Source: Nageia nagi
Taxonomy: Eukaryota > Plantae > Pinophyta
Reading direction: 5' to 3'
Assembly (NCBI GenBank): GCA_050084985.1
Contig: JBITNC010000001.1
Coordinates: 130,324,001 to 130,388,000, forward strand
DNA: 64,000 bases
Shown here: one piece after another, positions 41,624 to 53,504 of the stretch
How positions within the stretch are numbered: the first letter of the stretch is position 1
Layout: every line of letters starts with the position of its first letter
Position numbers and translations under genes: made by a program
Notes under the pieces: model-generated
Told to the model about the DNA's origin: nothing
Seen by the model: only the letters and a program-made list of their open reading frames with translations
The model's database searches: none

Positions 41624-42800
41624 AGGACGATATTATTACAGTTTTCAACCCTGAAACTCGACCACACTGTATTTCATCCTCGTGAAAGAGAGAATTCTGG
41701 TCAAGATTTTTGGGGAAAAGACTTGGAGATCAAAGCATGGAAATCGCCTGTCTCAAAGTAACATCCAGCAAAGTTAAAGGTAATATAATCTTTGCATTTC
41801 TTATCTTCATTTCTCCGAACGATGTCATATTGAGAGCATCGGAGATAGACTATGAACTTAGAGGTTTAATGGAGTCAGAGAAAGAGGCACTGTTTGTGAG
41901 GGTGGAATCTCGTAAGTCAAACTTTGTATCTATTTTCTTCCATCGCGCGATGCTTTCATAACTATGTTGGCTAAGGATTTATGGCGTTGTGAGTACTATG
42001 CTACTTTCATAGTGTTAGAGGGGTTAACGTCAAGCCAAAATCAATCCATGGTGACTTGGCTATTTTCGTAGAGGAGCCATATAGGTAAGGGCAATTGTGG
42101 TAAACAACAAAGAAAAGAATCGATATGATATTATTGAAAAGTAGTGTTTTAGAATACGAGATGGTTTTGGGGATAGATAAACGGCTTCTCTAGATAATCC
42201 AATGGAAACAGAATATACAGCTAGGCTAGAGATCTTATTGAAATTTTCTAGTGCGTTAAGCATAATAATCTTCAGAGGTATGGAGACTCAACCCAGAAGT
42301 TTCAGGAACTACTCTTATTGACTCTAGTGGCAGGAGAAATTTCTAACTCTACAATTATCCTTTTGAATCCTGCGCTATTACTGTTCTAGAGACTTGGAAA
42401 GGGAGCAACACAGCTTCATTCAAGACGAGGAGCCTAAGTCTCATTATGCTACACAAAGTATTGTAAAAAATATGTAGTGGGAAACACAACGAGCCAAAGC
42501 AACATCGCTATCTTACGATTGGAGAGGCCATGGCACTAGTAAGATTTAAGTGGATGCAATGATCAGTCGAAAAGCTAGGTTCTAAAAACCTTTATCAACA
42601 TGCGCCATCGTGGGAGCTTGAGAGAAATATATTGAAATCTACCAAAGCATAAATGAAACGGTTTTCTCATCCAATATTGAGGTTGTGAATACTTGATATG
42701 CAAAAATTACCATCCAAAGTGAAAACCTTTGAATGAGATATGGGGATCTAGAACGTGGTGAAATGTAAATTCAAAAATGCATAGTATGAAAATATAATAC
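41624..42800 (+). pseudogene. Intron-containing gene relic inside the 5' LTR (second copy)
   Basis: Candidate exons ~41624-41779, 41864-41911, 41962-42084, 42153-42277 and 42390-~42800. One acceptor mutated CAG to TAA (41959-41961). Exons 2-5 splice in compatible phases in this copy. Confidence 0.6.
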
Positions 42801-43269
42801 ATAAAAAGGAGAATAATGTTTCAAAACATTACCAAAATTCAAAGCCGAAGATCATAAAAAAATATTTGACTAGTCTCATAAATTACATACTACAATTATA
42901 CTAGAGAATTTCCACCACTATATTTTAAATAAAGGAAAACTAATAAGATTCCATCCCTTTAATTTTTAACGAAAAGATAATCTACCAACTTCTACATATA
43001 TCAATACAATCAATATGTCTCTTCAAAAGGTACAAAACCTTTAAAAATAATAAATTCTATGAAGCTTTATCAAATGTTACTTTCATACAACTCATTAAAT
43101 ATTTTCAATAAATGACTACTTTAACTAGACATTTTGGAAATGTAATAGAATGCACCTTAATTTGGGGAGAGGAGAGGGACTTCTTATGTTCACATAACTC
43201 TTCTTTCATGTTTGAAAAATAAAAATAATGAGATACGAGCTAGATGTCTTTCCTAATGTTCCATCCCTT

Positions 43270-43277
43270 TATTTATA
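43270..43277 (-). promoter_or_regulatory. LTR TATA box (5' LTR copy)
   Basis: Minus strand GGCTATAAATAAAGGG, ~820 bp from the LTR 5' end. Confidence 0.6.
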
Positions 43278-46200
43278 GCCAAGGAGACTCAAGTATGTCC
43301 AAATGAATTTATACTCAATTTTTTAATAAGTTTTGGTGATAGGTCTTAATAAATTTATTGATGATTTAGTGTCATTAAAAACTTGAAGCCTTTTTTATTA
43401 ATTGAAAAAATAATGCCAACTAGTTCCCCATGCCTAACACAAAGAAACAAAATAAGTAGGGCTATAATTCAATTATTTTCATAAACCATTAATACCTTGT
43501 AACATCCCAAAGTGACCTTAGTCCTTTATAACTTTTAATGTTTTAAGTTTCACTTTATTTTATTGAAAATCATAAATAGAAATTCAAATTCAAAAGAATA
43601 TTCCTAAATTCAAATTCAAAATAATATTCCTTGCCCTCCTGTTTTGAATTTAACTTTCAAAAATTCATAGTAAGAAGTTAATCACATATTTTACCTACAA
43701 TGGTAGCCTCAATCTATAGGATAATTGTTAATCCACACACACATCCACAAACACCATTCATCATGAAAATTGACATTCTTAATTTCTCTACCATGCAACT
43801 ATATGATCTATGATGGTCATTAGGATTTATTAATGAATCAACACTAATCTTTTCCACACTCTTACCCTTCCGTTCCCATCACCAATTCACTTTTGGATCC
43901 TTAGGTCTTCGATTGCTCTTTTCATCTTGTAGTAACCTATTACCTGCATCATAAAATCTTAGAGCCAACATCAACTTAATACAAATAATACATTTATGCT
44001 TAAAACCTATCATCACATAGCAATGATTCAAACATAATTCCATTTACATCCTCGATAGTGTTCAAGGTCAAATGGTGTCATTGGGCAGGTCATTACAATT
44101 ACCTCCAAATGAAATAGGAAAATTGTAAGAAACTTGCTGCCTCTCAACATCTCTTGAAAGGTCTTCAAGCTTAAGAATGAAAATAAAATTCTAAACCCGC
44201 ATATGATAATATGGAAGCTAAAATATTCCTATGGAAGGACCAAAGAAAAAAAAAATGCTTGAAATAATAAAAATATCAAAATGAAAATCTAAAGAGAACA
44301 CTCGATAGGAACCTCAAGCACTAGATGTTGTGTTTTGGAATAGTTCTCATCCATACATCATAAAATCCATGCTCTAAGGATTGCCATTACAATCATCAAA
44401 TGTTATCCTTAATTCCAAGAACCATCTAAGTATCTATTAGAATATAGGTAAAAAAATTCCTTTGCTTGGGTTTCATCCCAAACTTTATGTCAATTTCCCT
44501 CACTCAAGGTTTTAAAACCTCCAAACTATGAAATACTAAGAAAAATATATTCCATTATGTGGATACAAAATCTTACATTTATCAAATCCCATAACCAAAA
44601 TACCCCTCTATTAGGTCCATTAGGGAATAGGGATCCTCAAACCTCTACAATTCCCTTCCTCCAGATTACACCTTAGCACCCTCCCAAATAAAATTCTTTT
44701 GGGATTGCTTCAATTAAAAGTAACATATAAGAAAATAAAACCTTCATCCTCAAAGCTTTCTCTAAGAAAAACCCCTTCCCTCCCTTTGTATAAGAAGCTA
44801 TTGGATCTAATCCAAATTTTGACATTGAGGACCTAAAGGAGGAAAAAAAAACCACAACATCAGGAACCTCCAATTATCCTAAATGTATTAAGTTTAAGAT
44901 GGATCCCTTTTCACACAATAAGAAATCAAGCCAAGAATAGAACCACAAAATACCTCTTCCTTCCTCTTTGAAATATTTCCAGTAAGACTCCTTAGATTTA
45001 GAAGGGATGTGAAGATGCTACTATAATAGCTAAAAATCTTAGAACACAACATTAAAGATTATCTTCAAATAACATAGAAAAATTGTCCTATAACCTCTAA
45101 ACACCTCTTGAAAGATCTTCAAGCCTAAGAATGAAAATAAAATTTTGAACCCACATATAACAATCTAGATGCTAAAATCTTTTATGTAACGACCAAAGGA
45201 AATAAAAAGTACTTAAAACAACAAAGATGTAAAAATAAAAAAAATATTAACCTAAAGAGAACACTCAATAGAAACCTCCAATACTAGGTGTTGATTTTGA
45301 GAATTGTTATCATCCACACATCATAAAATCCATTATCTAAGGATTGCCATTAGAAGTTTGAAATATTATCCTTAATTTCAAGAACTATTTAAGGATCTAT
45401 TCATATATAGGTAAATAATTTCCCTTGCTTATGTTTCACCCAAACTCTACATCAATTTCCCTCATTCAAGGTTTCAAAACCTCCAAACTATGAAATACTA
45501 ACCAAAATACATTCTCTTATGTGGATACTCAAGTCTTTGTACCACCAGCCATAGAGCCCTACATCTGTAACTACATCAAAATATTAGGACTTCAAAAAAT
45601 GGGATTACAAAAGCTTGCATATATAAAATCCCATAACCAAAATACCCCTCCATTAGGTCCATGTGGGGAGAGGGCTCCTCAAACCTTTACAATGCCTTTC
45701 CTCCATATTACACCTCAAAACCCTCCCAAATGAAACTCTTTTAGAACTGCTTCAATGAGAAGTAACATATAACCGAATAAAACCTCCATCTTAGAAGCTT
45801 TCTCTAAGAAAAACCCCTTTCCTCCCTTAATAGAATAAGCTACTAGATCCAATCCAAATTTGGGCATAAAGGAACCAAAGGAGGAAATGAAACCATAACA
45901 TTAGACACCTCCAACTATCCTAGATACAATAAGTTGAAGATGCATCTATTTTCATACAACAAGATCTTAAGCTATAAAAAAGGAACATAATCATAAGATG
46001 ACTCTTCCTTCCTTCATAAAATATTTCTAGCAAGGCTTATTAGATTTAGAAGGCACATGAAGAACCTCCTATAATAGCTAAAAAATCTTAGAATGCAACA
46101 TTGAATATTACCTCCAAATAAAACAAAAAAATGGTATGAAACTCACTACCTCTCAAGATATCTTGAAAGCTCTTCAAGCCTAAGAATGAAAATAAAATTC

Positions 46201-48629
46201 TACACCCACATATGATAATATAGAAGCTAAAATCTTCCTATGAAAGAACCAAAGAAAATAAAAAGAGCTTGAAATAACAAAAAATATCAGAATAAAAAAA
46301 TCTAAAGAGAACACTTGACAGGAACCTCCAACACCGGATGTTGAGTTTTGGAATGGTTCTCATCTACACATCATAAAATCCATGCTCCAATGATTTCCAT
46401 TACAAGCCCAAAATGTTATCCTTAATTCCAAGAACCATGTAAGTCTCTATTAAGATATAGGTAAAAAATTTCCTTGCTTGGGTTTCATCCCAAAGTCTAC
46501 ATCAATTTCCCTCACTCAAGGGTTCAAAACCTCCAAACTATGCAATACTAATTAAAAGACATTTCCTTATGTGGATATTAGAGTCCTTGTATCACCAACC
46601 ATAGAGCCCATACATCTATAGCTACATCTAAATCTTAAGTCTTTGAAAAATGGGACTACAAAAGATTACATCTATCAAATCCCATAACCAAAACACCCCT
46701 CAACTAGGTCCATTAGGGAATAGGGCTCCTTAAACCTCTATAATGCCCTTCCTCTAGATTACACCTTAGAACCCTCCCAAATGAAACTCTTTTGAGACTA
46801 ATTCAATGAAAAGTAATATACAAGAAAATAAAACCTTCATTCTCAAAGCTTTCTCTAGGCAAAACCCCTGTCCTCCCTTTGTAGCAGAAGCTACTAGATC
46901 CAATCTAGATTTGGGCATTGAGGACCCAAAGGAGGATATGAAACCACAACATCAAGTACCTCCAATTATCCTATATGCATTGAGTTTAAGATGGAGCCCT
47001 TTTCTCACAACAAGAACTCAAGCCATTGAAAAGGAACAAAACCATAAGATACGTCTTCCTTCCTCCTTGAAATATTTTTAGCAAGGCTCCTTAGATTTAG
47101 AAGGGATGTGAAGAGCCTCCTATAATAGCTAAAAATCTTAGAACATAGCATTGAAGATTACCTCCAAACAATAAAGAAAATGTTAAGAAACCTATAGCCT
47201 CTTAACACCTCTTGAAAGATCTTCAAGCCTAAGAATGAATATAGAATTATAAACCTACATATGAAAATATGAACGCTAAAATCTTCCTTTCTAATGACCA
47301 AAGGAAATAAAAAGAGCTTGAAATAACAAATATGTCAAAATAGAAAAATCTTAATCTAAAGAGAACACTTGATAAGAACCTCCAATACCAGCTATTGATT
47401 TTGAGAATGGTTCTCATCCACACATCATAAAATCCATGCTCAAGGATTTCCATTAGAAACCCAAAATGTTATCTTTAATTCGTATAATCATCTACTTAGA
47501 TCTATTGGTATATAGGTAGCTAATTCCCCTTGCTTTGATTTCACCCCAAAATATGCACCTATTTTCATCACTCAAGATTTCAAAACCTCTAAACTATGTA
47601 ATAATAACTAAAAGACATTCACTTATGTGGATACTTAGGTCCTATCAGCATCCATAGAGATCATACATTTGCAGTTGCATTGAAATCTTAGGACTTCAAA
47701 AAATGGGACTACAAAAGCTTGCACTTATCAAATCCCATAACCAAAATACCTCTCCATTATGTCCATCAGAGAAGAGGGCTCCTCAAACCTCTACAATGTC
47801 TTTCCTTTAAATTACACCTCAAAACCCTTTGAAATGAAACTCTTTCAGGACTTCTTCAATGATAAGCAACATAAAAGATAATAAAGCCTACATCCTTGAA
47901 GCTTTCTTTAAGAAAATAACCTTCCCTCCCTTTGTAGAAAAAGCTACTGGATTTGATCCATGTTTGGGCATTGAGGACTCAATGGAGAAAATGAAATCAT
48001 AAAATCAAGCACCTCCAACTATCCTAGATGCATTGAATTTAAGATGGATCCTTTTTCACATAACAAGGCCTCAAGCTATTGAAAAGCAACAAAACGAAAA
48101 GATACCTCTTCCTTCCTCCATGAAATATTTCTAGCAAGGCTTCTTAGATTTAGAAGAAACATGAAGAGCCTCCTATAATAGTTAAAACTCTTAGAATGCA
48201 ACATTAAAGATTACCTCCAAATGACATAAAAAATGGTAAGATACCCATAGCCTCTCAACACCTCTTGAAAGCTTTGCAAGCCTAAGAACCCCACCCAAAA
48301 CTCAACCAAAAAATGATAAAAAATGTAATAGATGATGCCACTAAACAAACCCTCCACAATTGACTGTAACAAAAAATGAATCCCCAAATCACCAACGCAT
48401 CCAGAGAGATCTTTGAACCCTATGAACATCCTTTAAGAATAGTATGTCGTACCATAATTCCTACTTACTAGGGTTTCCTTGCATTCATGTGAGTAGTGAT
48501 CTTCATGTATATGAGTTTTCACTCCTCACATCATAAAGTAATTTTCTTTTTACCAAAGCCTATTTTTGTAGAATTTAGGTTGGATCCATGAAATCTATAT
48601 CCATGTGCATGTAATGGGAAGTCCTTATA

Positions 48630-49100
48630 ACCTACCATGTAGGAAACCCTAGTCGACATTTACAAGCACCTAGATGAGCAAGGTTCATTTTATTTGTGAA
48701 TATTTGTTAATAAACAAATTTTAAGGCTCCTCAACATTGGAAATGGTTATTTTTGGGAGTTTTAAAAAGGCCCAATTTACCGAAATTTGCTATTTTTTTT
48801 TTATTTTCTAAGTCGAATCAATAATATTTTTAAAACTTTTTCAAAAATAGCCATTATTTTCTAAACTTTTCTAAAAATTATTGATATTTTTAAAAATAAT
48901 TTTATCTAGATTTACCAAATATTTTTTAAGGGAGTTTTATGGAGGAGATCTTAAAATGAGCCCTATAGATGAGTTTTACTGCTTCCCTTATTACCCCTCC
49001 ACATGGGTATATTTTCCTCTCTTTGGCTTGTGGGATTGGAACCCATGACCTCCTAAAGGAAAACTAAGAGCCCTTACCACTATACAAATACCTCATGGCT
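48630..49100 (-). mobile_element. Older tRNA-derived SINE, apparently interrupted by a hAT MITE
   Basis: Minus strand TAGTGGTAAG (~49074-49083) and B-box GGTTCCAATCCC (49032-49043). Shares CCTTTAG.AGGTC and TAGGAAACCC with the SINE at 52298-52530. No TSD found. Confidence 0.5.
48679..48965. mobile_element. hAT MITE (287 bp)
   Basis: 8-bp TSD TAGATGAG (48671-48678 and 48966-48973); 13-bp TIR CAAGGTTCATTTT / AAAATGAGCCCTA with 3 transition mismatches. Confidence 0.85.
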
Positions 49101-52100
49101 TTTTTCTCATTTATAAGTTACACAACACATAGTATAGTAATTTATAATTATTTATAGTATATATTATTATAATAATAGTATACCTTATTATTATAACTAA
49201 TCTATTTAATTAAATTAATATTATTTAATATGAAACATCATTAATTAATTTTTTAAAGATGGTTTTGCTATTCATTAATAAGTTATCTTATAAATAAATT
49301 AAAGTATCTAGGAGGCATAAAAATAATTATAATTATAATTATAATTCATAAGATCATTTTGTTATTTATAATAATAAAACATTTAACCACTTTGAAGATG
49401 ATATACTTTACCAAAAATATCTATATTAACTATCCAAAATTTAACCACTTTGAATATGAGAAATAGTAGACTGTAGGTGGAAGATTGACAAAGACACAGT
49501 GAGTGTTCTGTTCTTTATGAGGCTATTAAAATGTTGAATCTTAATCCAAATGTTAAAAAAAAATGTAGAGGGCAACTAGAGACATACAAATAAGCAAAAG
49601 GATTAAATATGGCACTTCTATTGCAAAAAAGATAAAACAACTATATAACTAAAAGTATGGGGGCAATTCTTTGGTATCGAGGCACTTCATCTACAATATT
49701 TTACAATTCAAATTTTGAGTAGTGTATCAACTTGCAAAAAAATTCAAACAACTTTGAATATATTTACTCTAAAAGGAGGAATAAGTAGTTATCTTAGCAA
49801 TTGGATGCTCTTATCTATGTTCACAATAATTTACTCTTATTGATAAGTAATTTGGCTCAAAAAAATCTTCTTCCCTATCATTTGAGCCTATTTTATATAT
49901 CTTGGAAGATAATCATGAAGACATTGAATCAGGTTATGAGACCAATAAGCATGAATTAATTAACCCTCCTTGTGCTCTTAATGATAAGGAGCTTGATAAT
50001 GCATCAAGTGGATATCAAGGGTCTAGAACAACAAGAATGATTTCTTTTATTCTCAAATAAAATAATAATGTCTTAAGTCTCTATTTTAAATTCCTATTTT
50101 TTAACTTATTCATATAATATTGAAAGGAAGTATGTGCATTTTAAATACATCGAATTTTATTCTAAAAATTTAAACATGTTAAATTTCGTTCAAATTTCAA
50201 AAATACCAAACTTAATACAAATTCAAACTTGGTAACTAAATTTACACTTACCAAATGATATATGATGAGACACATCAATAATCATATTTAAAATAAATAA
50301 TATTAAAGTTGAAAAAATAATAATCACAATCCATCTTTCTCTAACAATTTAATTAAATGTTCGATTCAAAATATACATATCAATGACCCACTACAATCAT
50401 CCCATAGACTCCGCAAATATTAAAATATTTTCTTTCTTATTTAAAAAAAAAAAAAAACTTATACCCATTTCTCGATTAACTATGTGTATTTAAATTATTC
50501 TTTTAACTTAATAACTTAAAAAAGATCTACTATCATTCTTTAAGGAAAATTATTTCAAATCTTTATTACTTCATCGTATGCATGAATTAGAATTTCCTCG
50601 ATGTCTTATTCATATTAATTTACACTTTTTAAAAAAGTGACTTAAACCACTTTCGTTTTTTAACGCCACGTAAAACCATTTAGGTTTGAAGTTTGGTAGT
50701 CCAAAGAGAGGATCTAAGTATTGTGTGGGCATTAACGTTTTTATATTCTAATCTGAATAGTGAAGTACCAATGGATAAAATAAAAGTTATGTTGGAATAA
50801 ACTATATTTTTTTATATTGCAATTTGAATAGAGAAGTACCAAGGGATAAAATAAGAGTTATGTCTCAATAAACTACATCTGACGGCAAATATTGTAAGTT
50901 ACGCTCAGCACCTTCTCATTATCCAGACTAGAATATTCTTGGCTCAAACGAGGCCTCAATAATTCTTTTTATCTTTTGTCTTTTTCTGAGTGGTGTTTTG
51001 TCACGTCAAATGTCTACCACAAACGAATCTTAGAGATTTTAAGTTTTGCATAGATAAATAATATTTAGCAATTCAAGATCTTCCAAGAAAAATTCTCTAC
51101 CAAAAAAACAAATAGAAAATAATGTTAGGGAATATATGATAAAACTTCACCGATACATACGGTAGAACTGCTACTATGTTTTTTGTGCAGATGGTCTCCC
51201 GCGTAAGTATGTTAAACGGTCCACGACGATAGTTTGGGATCTTCTCTTGAAAACAAAGAGGAGACGGGAAAAAGAGGACAGAGCTGAGAATGGGAATAAG
51301 AGGGCATAGCGAAGATAGAATCATTCCATTAGGAGGACAAAATTTTTATTTAAAAACAATTGATCATATAAAATCAATATTAAGTTTATATATATATATA
51401 TTATTTTGATATTATAGGTTTATCAACATTATTCATTGGATGTGAATTTTACTTGTATGTGATATCTTTAATTGTTATAACTGTTTGTTATATGTTGAGT
51501 TTTATTTGGTTAAAAAATTTGATCATATAATAAAAGATATTAGATTTTTTACTAAATAAATTAGAAGAAACTTTCAATAGTATTTTGGTATATTATGCCA
51601 AAAAAATATTAAATGAGTAGTTTATCGATTTAAGGATGATTTGATCTATCATTAAGAGTTTCAAAATATGAAGTACCATTGTCCTACATTGCACACTTTC
51701 TTTCAATATGACACCAACTTGCTATACCATGGTAGATGAAAGATAAGATTCGAGGGAATCGTAGCATGTAAACACACTTATACAATTTCATTTATTAGAG
51801 ATCCATTTACATTCATCATACATTAATCTATGAGTGAAATGAGAGGAGCACAAATAAAGACTATGCTAAACATATCTAAAAGGTATATGAAGAAAGATGC
51901 AAACAAATAAAAAAATAAGATAACATGAAGATTTATTGGTTAGACAAATCAAATCTAATAAAATTATGTTGATCTTTCCATGTATTTATAATTCTTACAA
52001 AGGCTATTGACTTTAAGTTGGTAGGCATTGCTCATTTCTTGAATGCTTTGTATAGGATCTCGCTATATTATTTTGGATTAGGTTGTAGTTGTGTCCTCCC

Positions 52101-52297
52101 ATTTTCAATCATATTTCTAATAGCTTTTGACCATAATTATGTTAGTTTAGGGTAGTTACCCCTCATAAATTGTCCAAGCCATGCTCCACGAACCCCTCAA
52201 TATTATTCCTAGTTTTAATTTGATCTTGACCCTTATTGTTGTTTGAAATTATTATTGGATGCATATATTTTTCTTCATTGATCAATTACTAAATTTT

Positions 52298-52530
52298 TTA
52301 GGTATGATTATGAGGCAAAATATTCTAGGAAACCCCTCACGACCACCAGTAGGATAAACTTTGAAGTCTCTTTCATCCACTTGGAAACTATGGACATGTA
52401 GTGCAACTATATCCAAACTGTAGCCAAATCGAAGCTTTGCTACAATTTTGTTAGATAAATTAGAGTACGATTCGAACTTGAGACCTTCTAAAGGCAAATC
52501 CAAGAACTTAACCATCACATTCGTTGGGGA
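52298..52530 (-). mobile_element. tRNA-derived SINE (~233 bp)
   Basis: 19-bp TSD TGATCAATTACTAAATTTT (52279-52297 and 52531-52549). Minus-strand B-box-like AGTTCGAATC near 52469-52478 and GATGGTTAAG A-box region. Absent from the paralogous site at ~17490-17530. Confidence 0.85.
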
Positions 52531-52790
52531 TGATCAATTACTAAATTTTATTTATTGATTTGTTATGTATTTTTTTTTTTAATGATAAGAATAATATGAT
52601 GATTCATTATACCATGTTAGTTTTTTTACATTGTTTTTACTTTTAATCTTCTTAGGTGGCAAAGTGGCCAATTTTTATTTGTAATAAATCAATTAGGATG
52701 TACTCTGGAGGAATAGAAAATATGATTGTAATATATTTTCAAATTCAATATATTCTTAATATTTATTGAGCATTTTCATTTATTGCATTT

Positions 52791-53504
52791 TGTAGATGCC
52801 TAAAAATGAATTTCCTTATATTAAATAATTCATTTTATAGCATCAATGAATATTTATTGTAAAAAGGGTTAAAATATACCCAAGGCAATGTAATTAATGT
52901 AATGGATAGTTGAATAAGGTAAGAGGTGTCAAATATCAAGAAATACGCCACAAGCAATGTATTATGCAATGATACAAAGAATCAAAGAGGATCAAAATGT
53001 TGTTATAAAATAATATCAAAGGTAGCATAAAGGATAAGGGTGAAGATCCAGAGAGAAAGATTAGAACATGCAGTATCATTAAATACTTGACCAACAAAGG
53101 TGTTTTGTAATCCACTTATTCATAGATTTGCTACACCCTTTGTCTTATTCTACATACTTCAATTCATGTGCATGGATCTACTTCATTAAGGCTATTAATG
53201 ATGTTCGTTATGCATAGTATGCAATCGTGTTTGAAGTTTGATATGCAATACTCTTCATCTTATTCTACATACTTCAATTCATGCATGTGAATCTACTTCA
53301 TTAAGGATGTTAACAACATACGTTTCTTATAATGAGTTATCACATTTGATGTATGATTCGTGTTACTTTGTAATGATGTAGAACTAAAGAAGGTACCTCA
53401 TTTATCATGTTCATTTATTGACATATTTTTGATATATGCTTCAATATTACATTGTAGAAAAATAGTGCTTCGATTTATTATTCATGCATTATTTTTGGTC
53501 TACA
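52791..53504. mobile_element. Solo LTR (714 bp)
   Basis: TGTAGA...TCTACA termini; 5-bp TSD CATTT (52786-52790 and 53505-53509); empty site gcatttagtattttctta at ~17763-17780. Confidence 0.92.

Larger units (their letters stand above)
32676..44097 (-). mobile_element. Structurally complete non-autonomous LTR retrotransposon (LARD-like, Tekay/Del-type termini), 11.4 kb
   Basis: 5-bp TSD ATTAC (32671-32675 and 44098-44102). LTRs 32676-36814 and 40071-44097. TGTAATG...CATTACA termini. tRNA-Met PBS 40058-40069. PPT ~36816-36828. 3256-bp internal region with no recognisable RT, RH or INT. Confidence 0.95.
40071..44097 (-). repeat. 5' LTR (4027 bp)
   Basis: Perfect 7-bp terminal inverted repeat TGTAATG/CATTACA; adjacent PBS; lacks ~147 bp present in the other LTR at ~35280-35426. 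Confidence 0.95.
31696..48288. repeat. Tandem array of five ~1.05-kb units; unit 1 split by the LTR element (31696-32675 plus 44103-48288)
   Basis: Marker aagc(c/t)taagaatgaaaataaaatt at ~31697 (5' part missing), 44167, 45121, 46176, 47225 and truncated at 48279. Spacings 954, 1055, 1049, 1054. Unit 1 sums to ~1050 after removing the insertion. Confidence 0.95.

Noticed and set aside
42505-42565. DWRGHG.S (alpha/beta hydrolase-like), EAMALVRFKWM (Nudix-like) and nearby IHGDLA (kinase-like) motifs in the LTR cargo
   Set aside because: Short isolated matches, partly in different frames, with none of the other family motifs. Not enough to name the gene.
45521-47453. ORFs within the 1.05-kb array, with faint LINE-like strings (LGIEDP..ALSLRW)
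   Set aside because: Not open across units; similarity too weak to assign.
49025-49095. tRNA gene candidate (likewise the B-boxes at 16373, 30384 and 52469)
   Set aside because: No cloverleaf pairing seen; TSDs or family similarity indicate SINEs.
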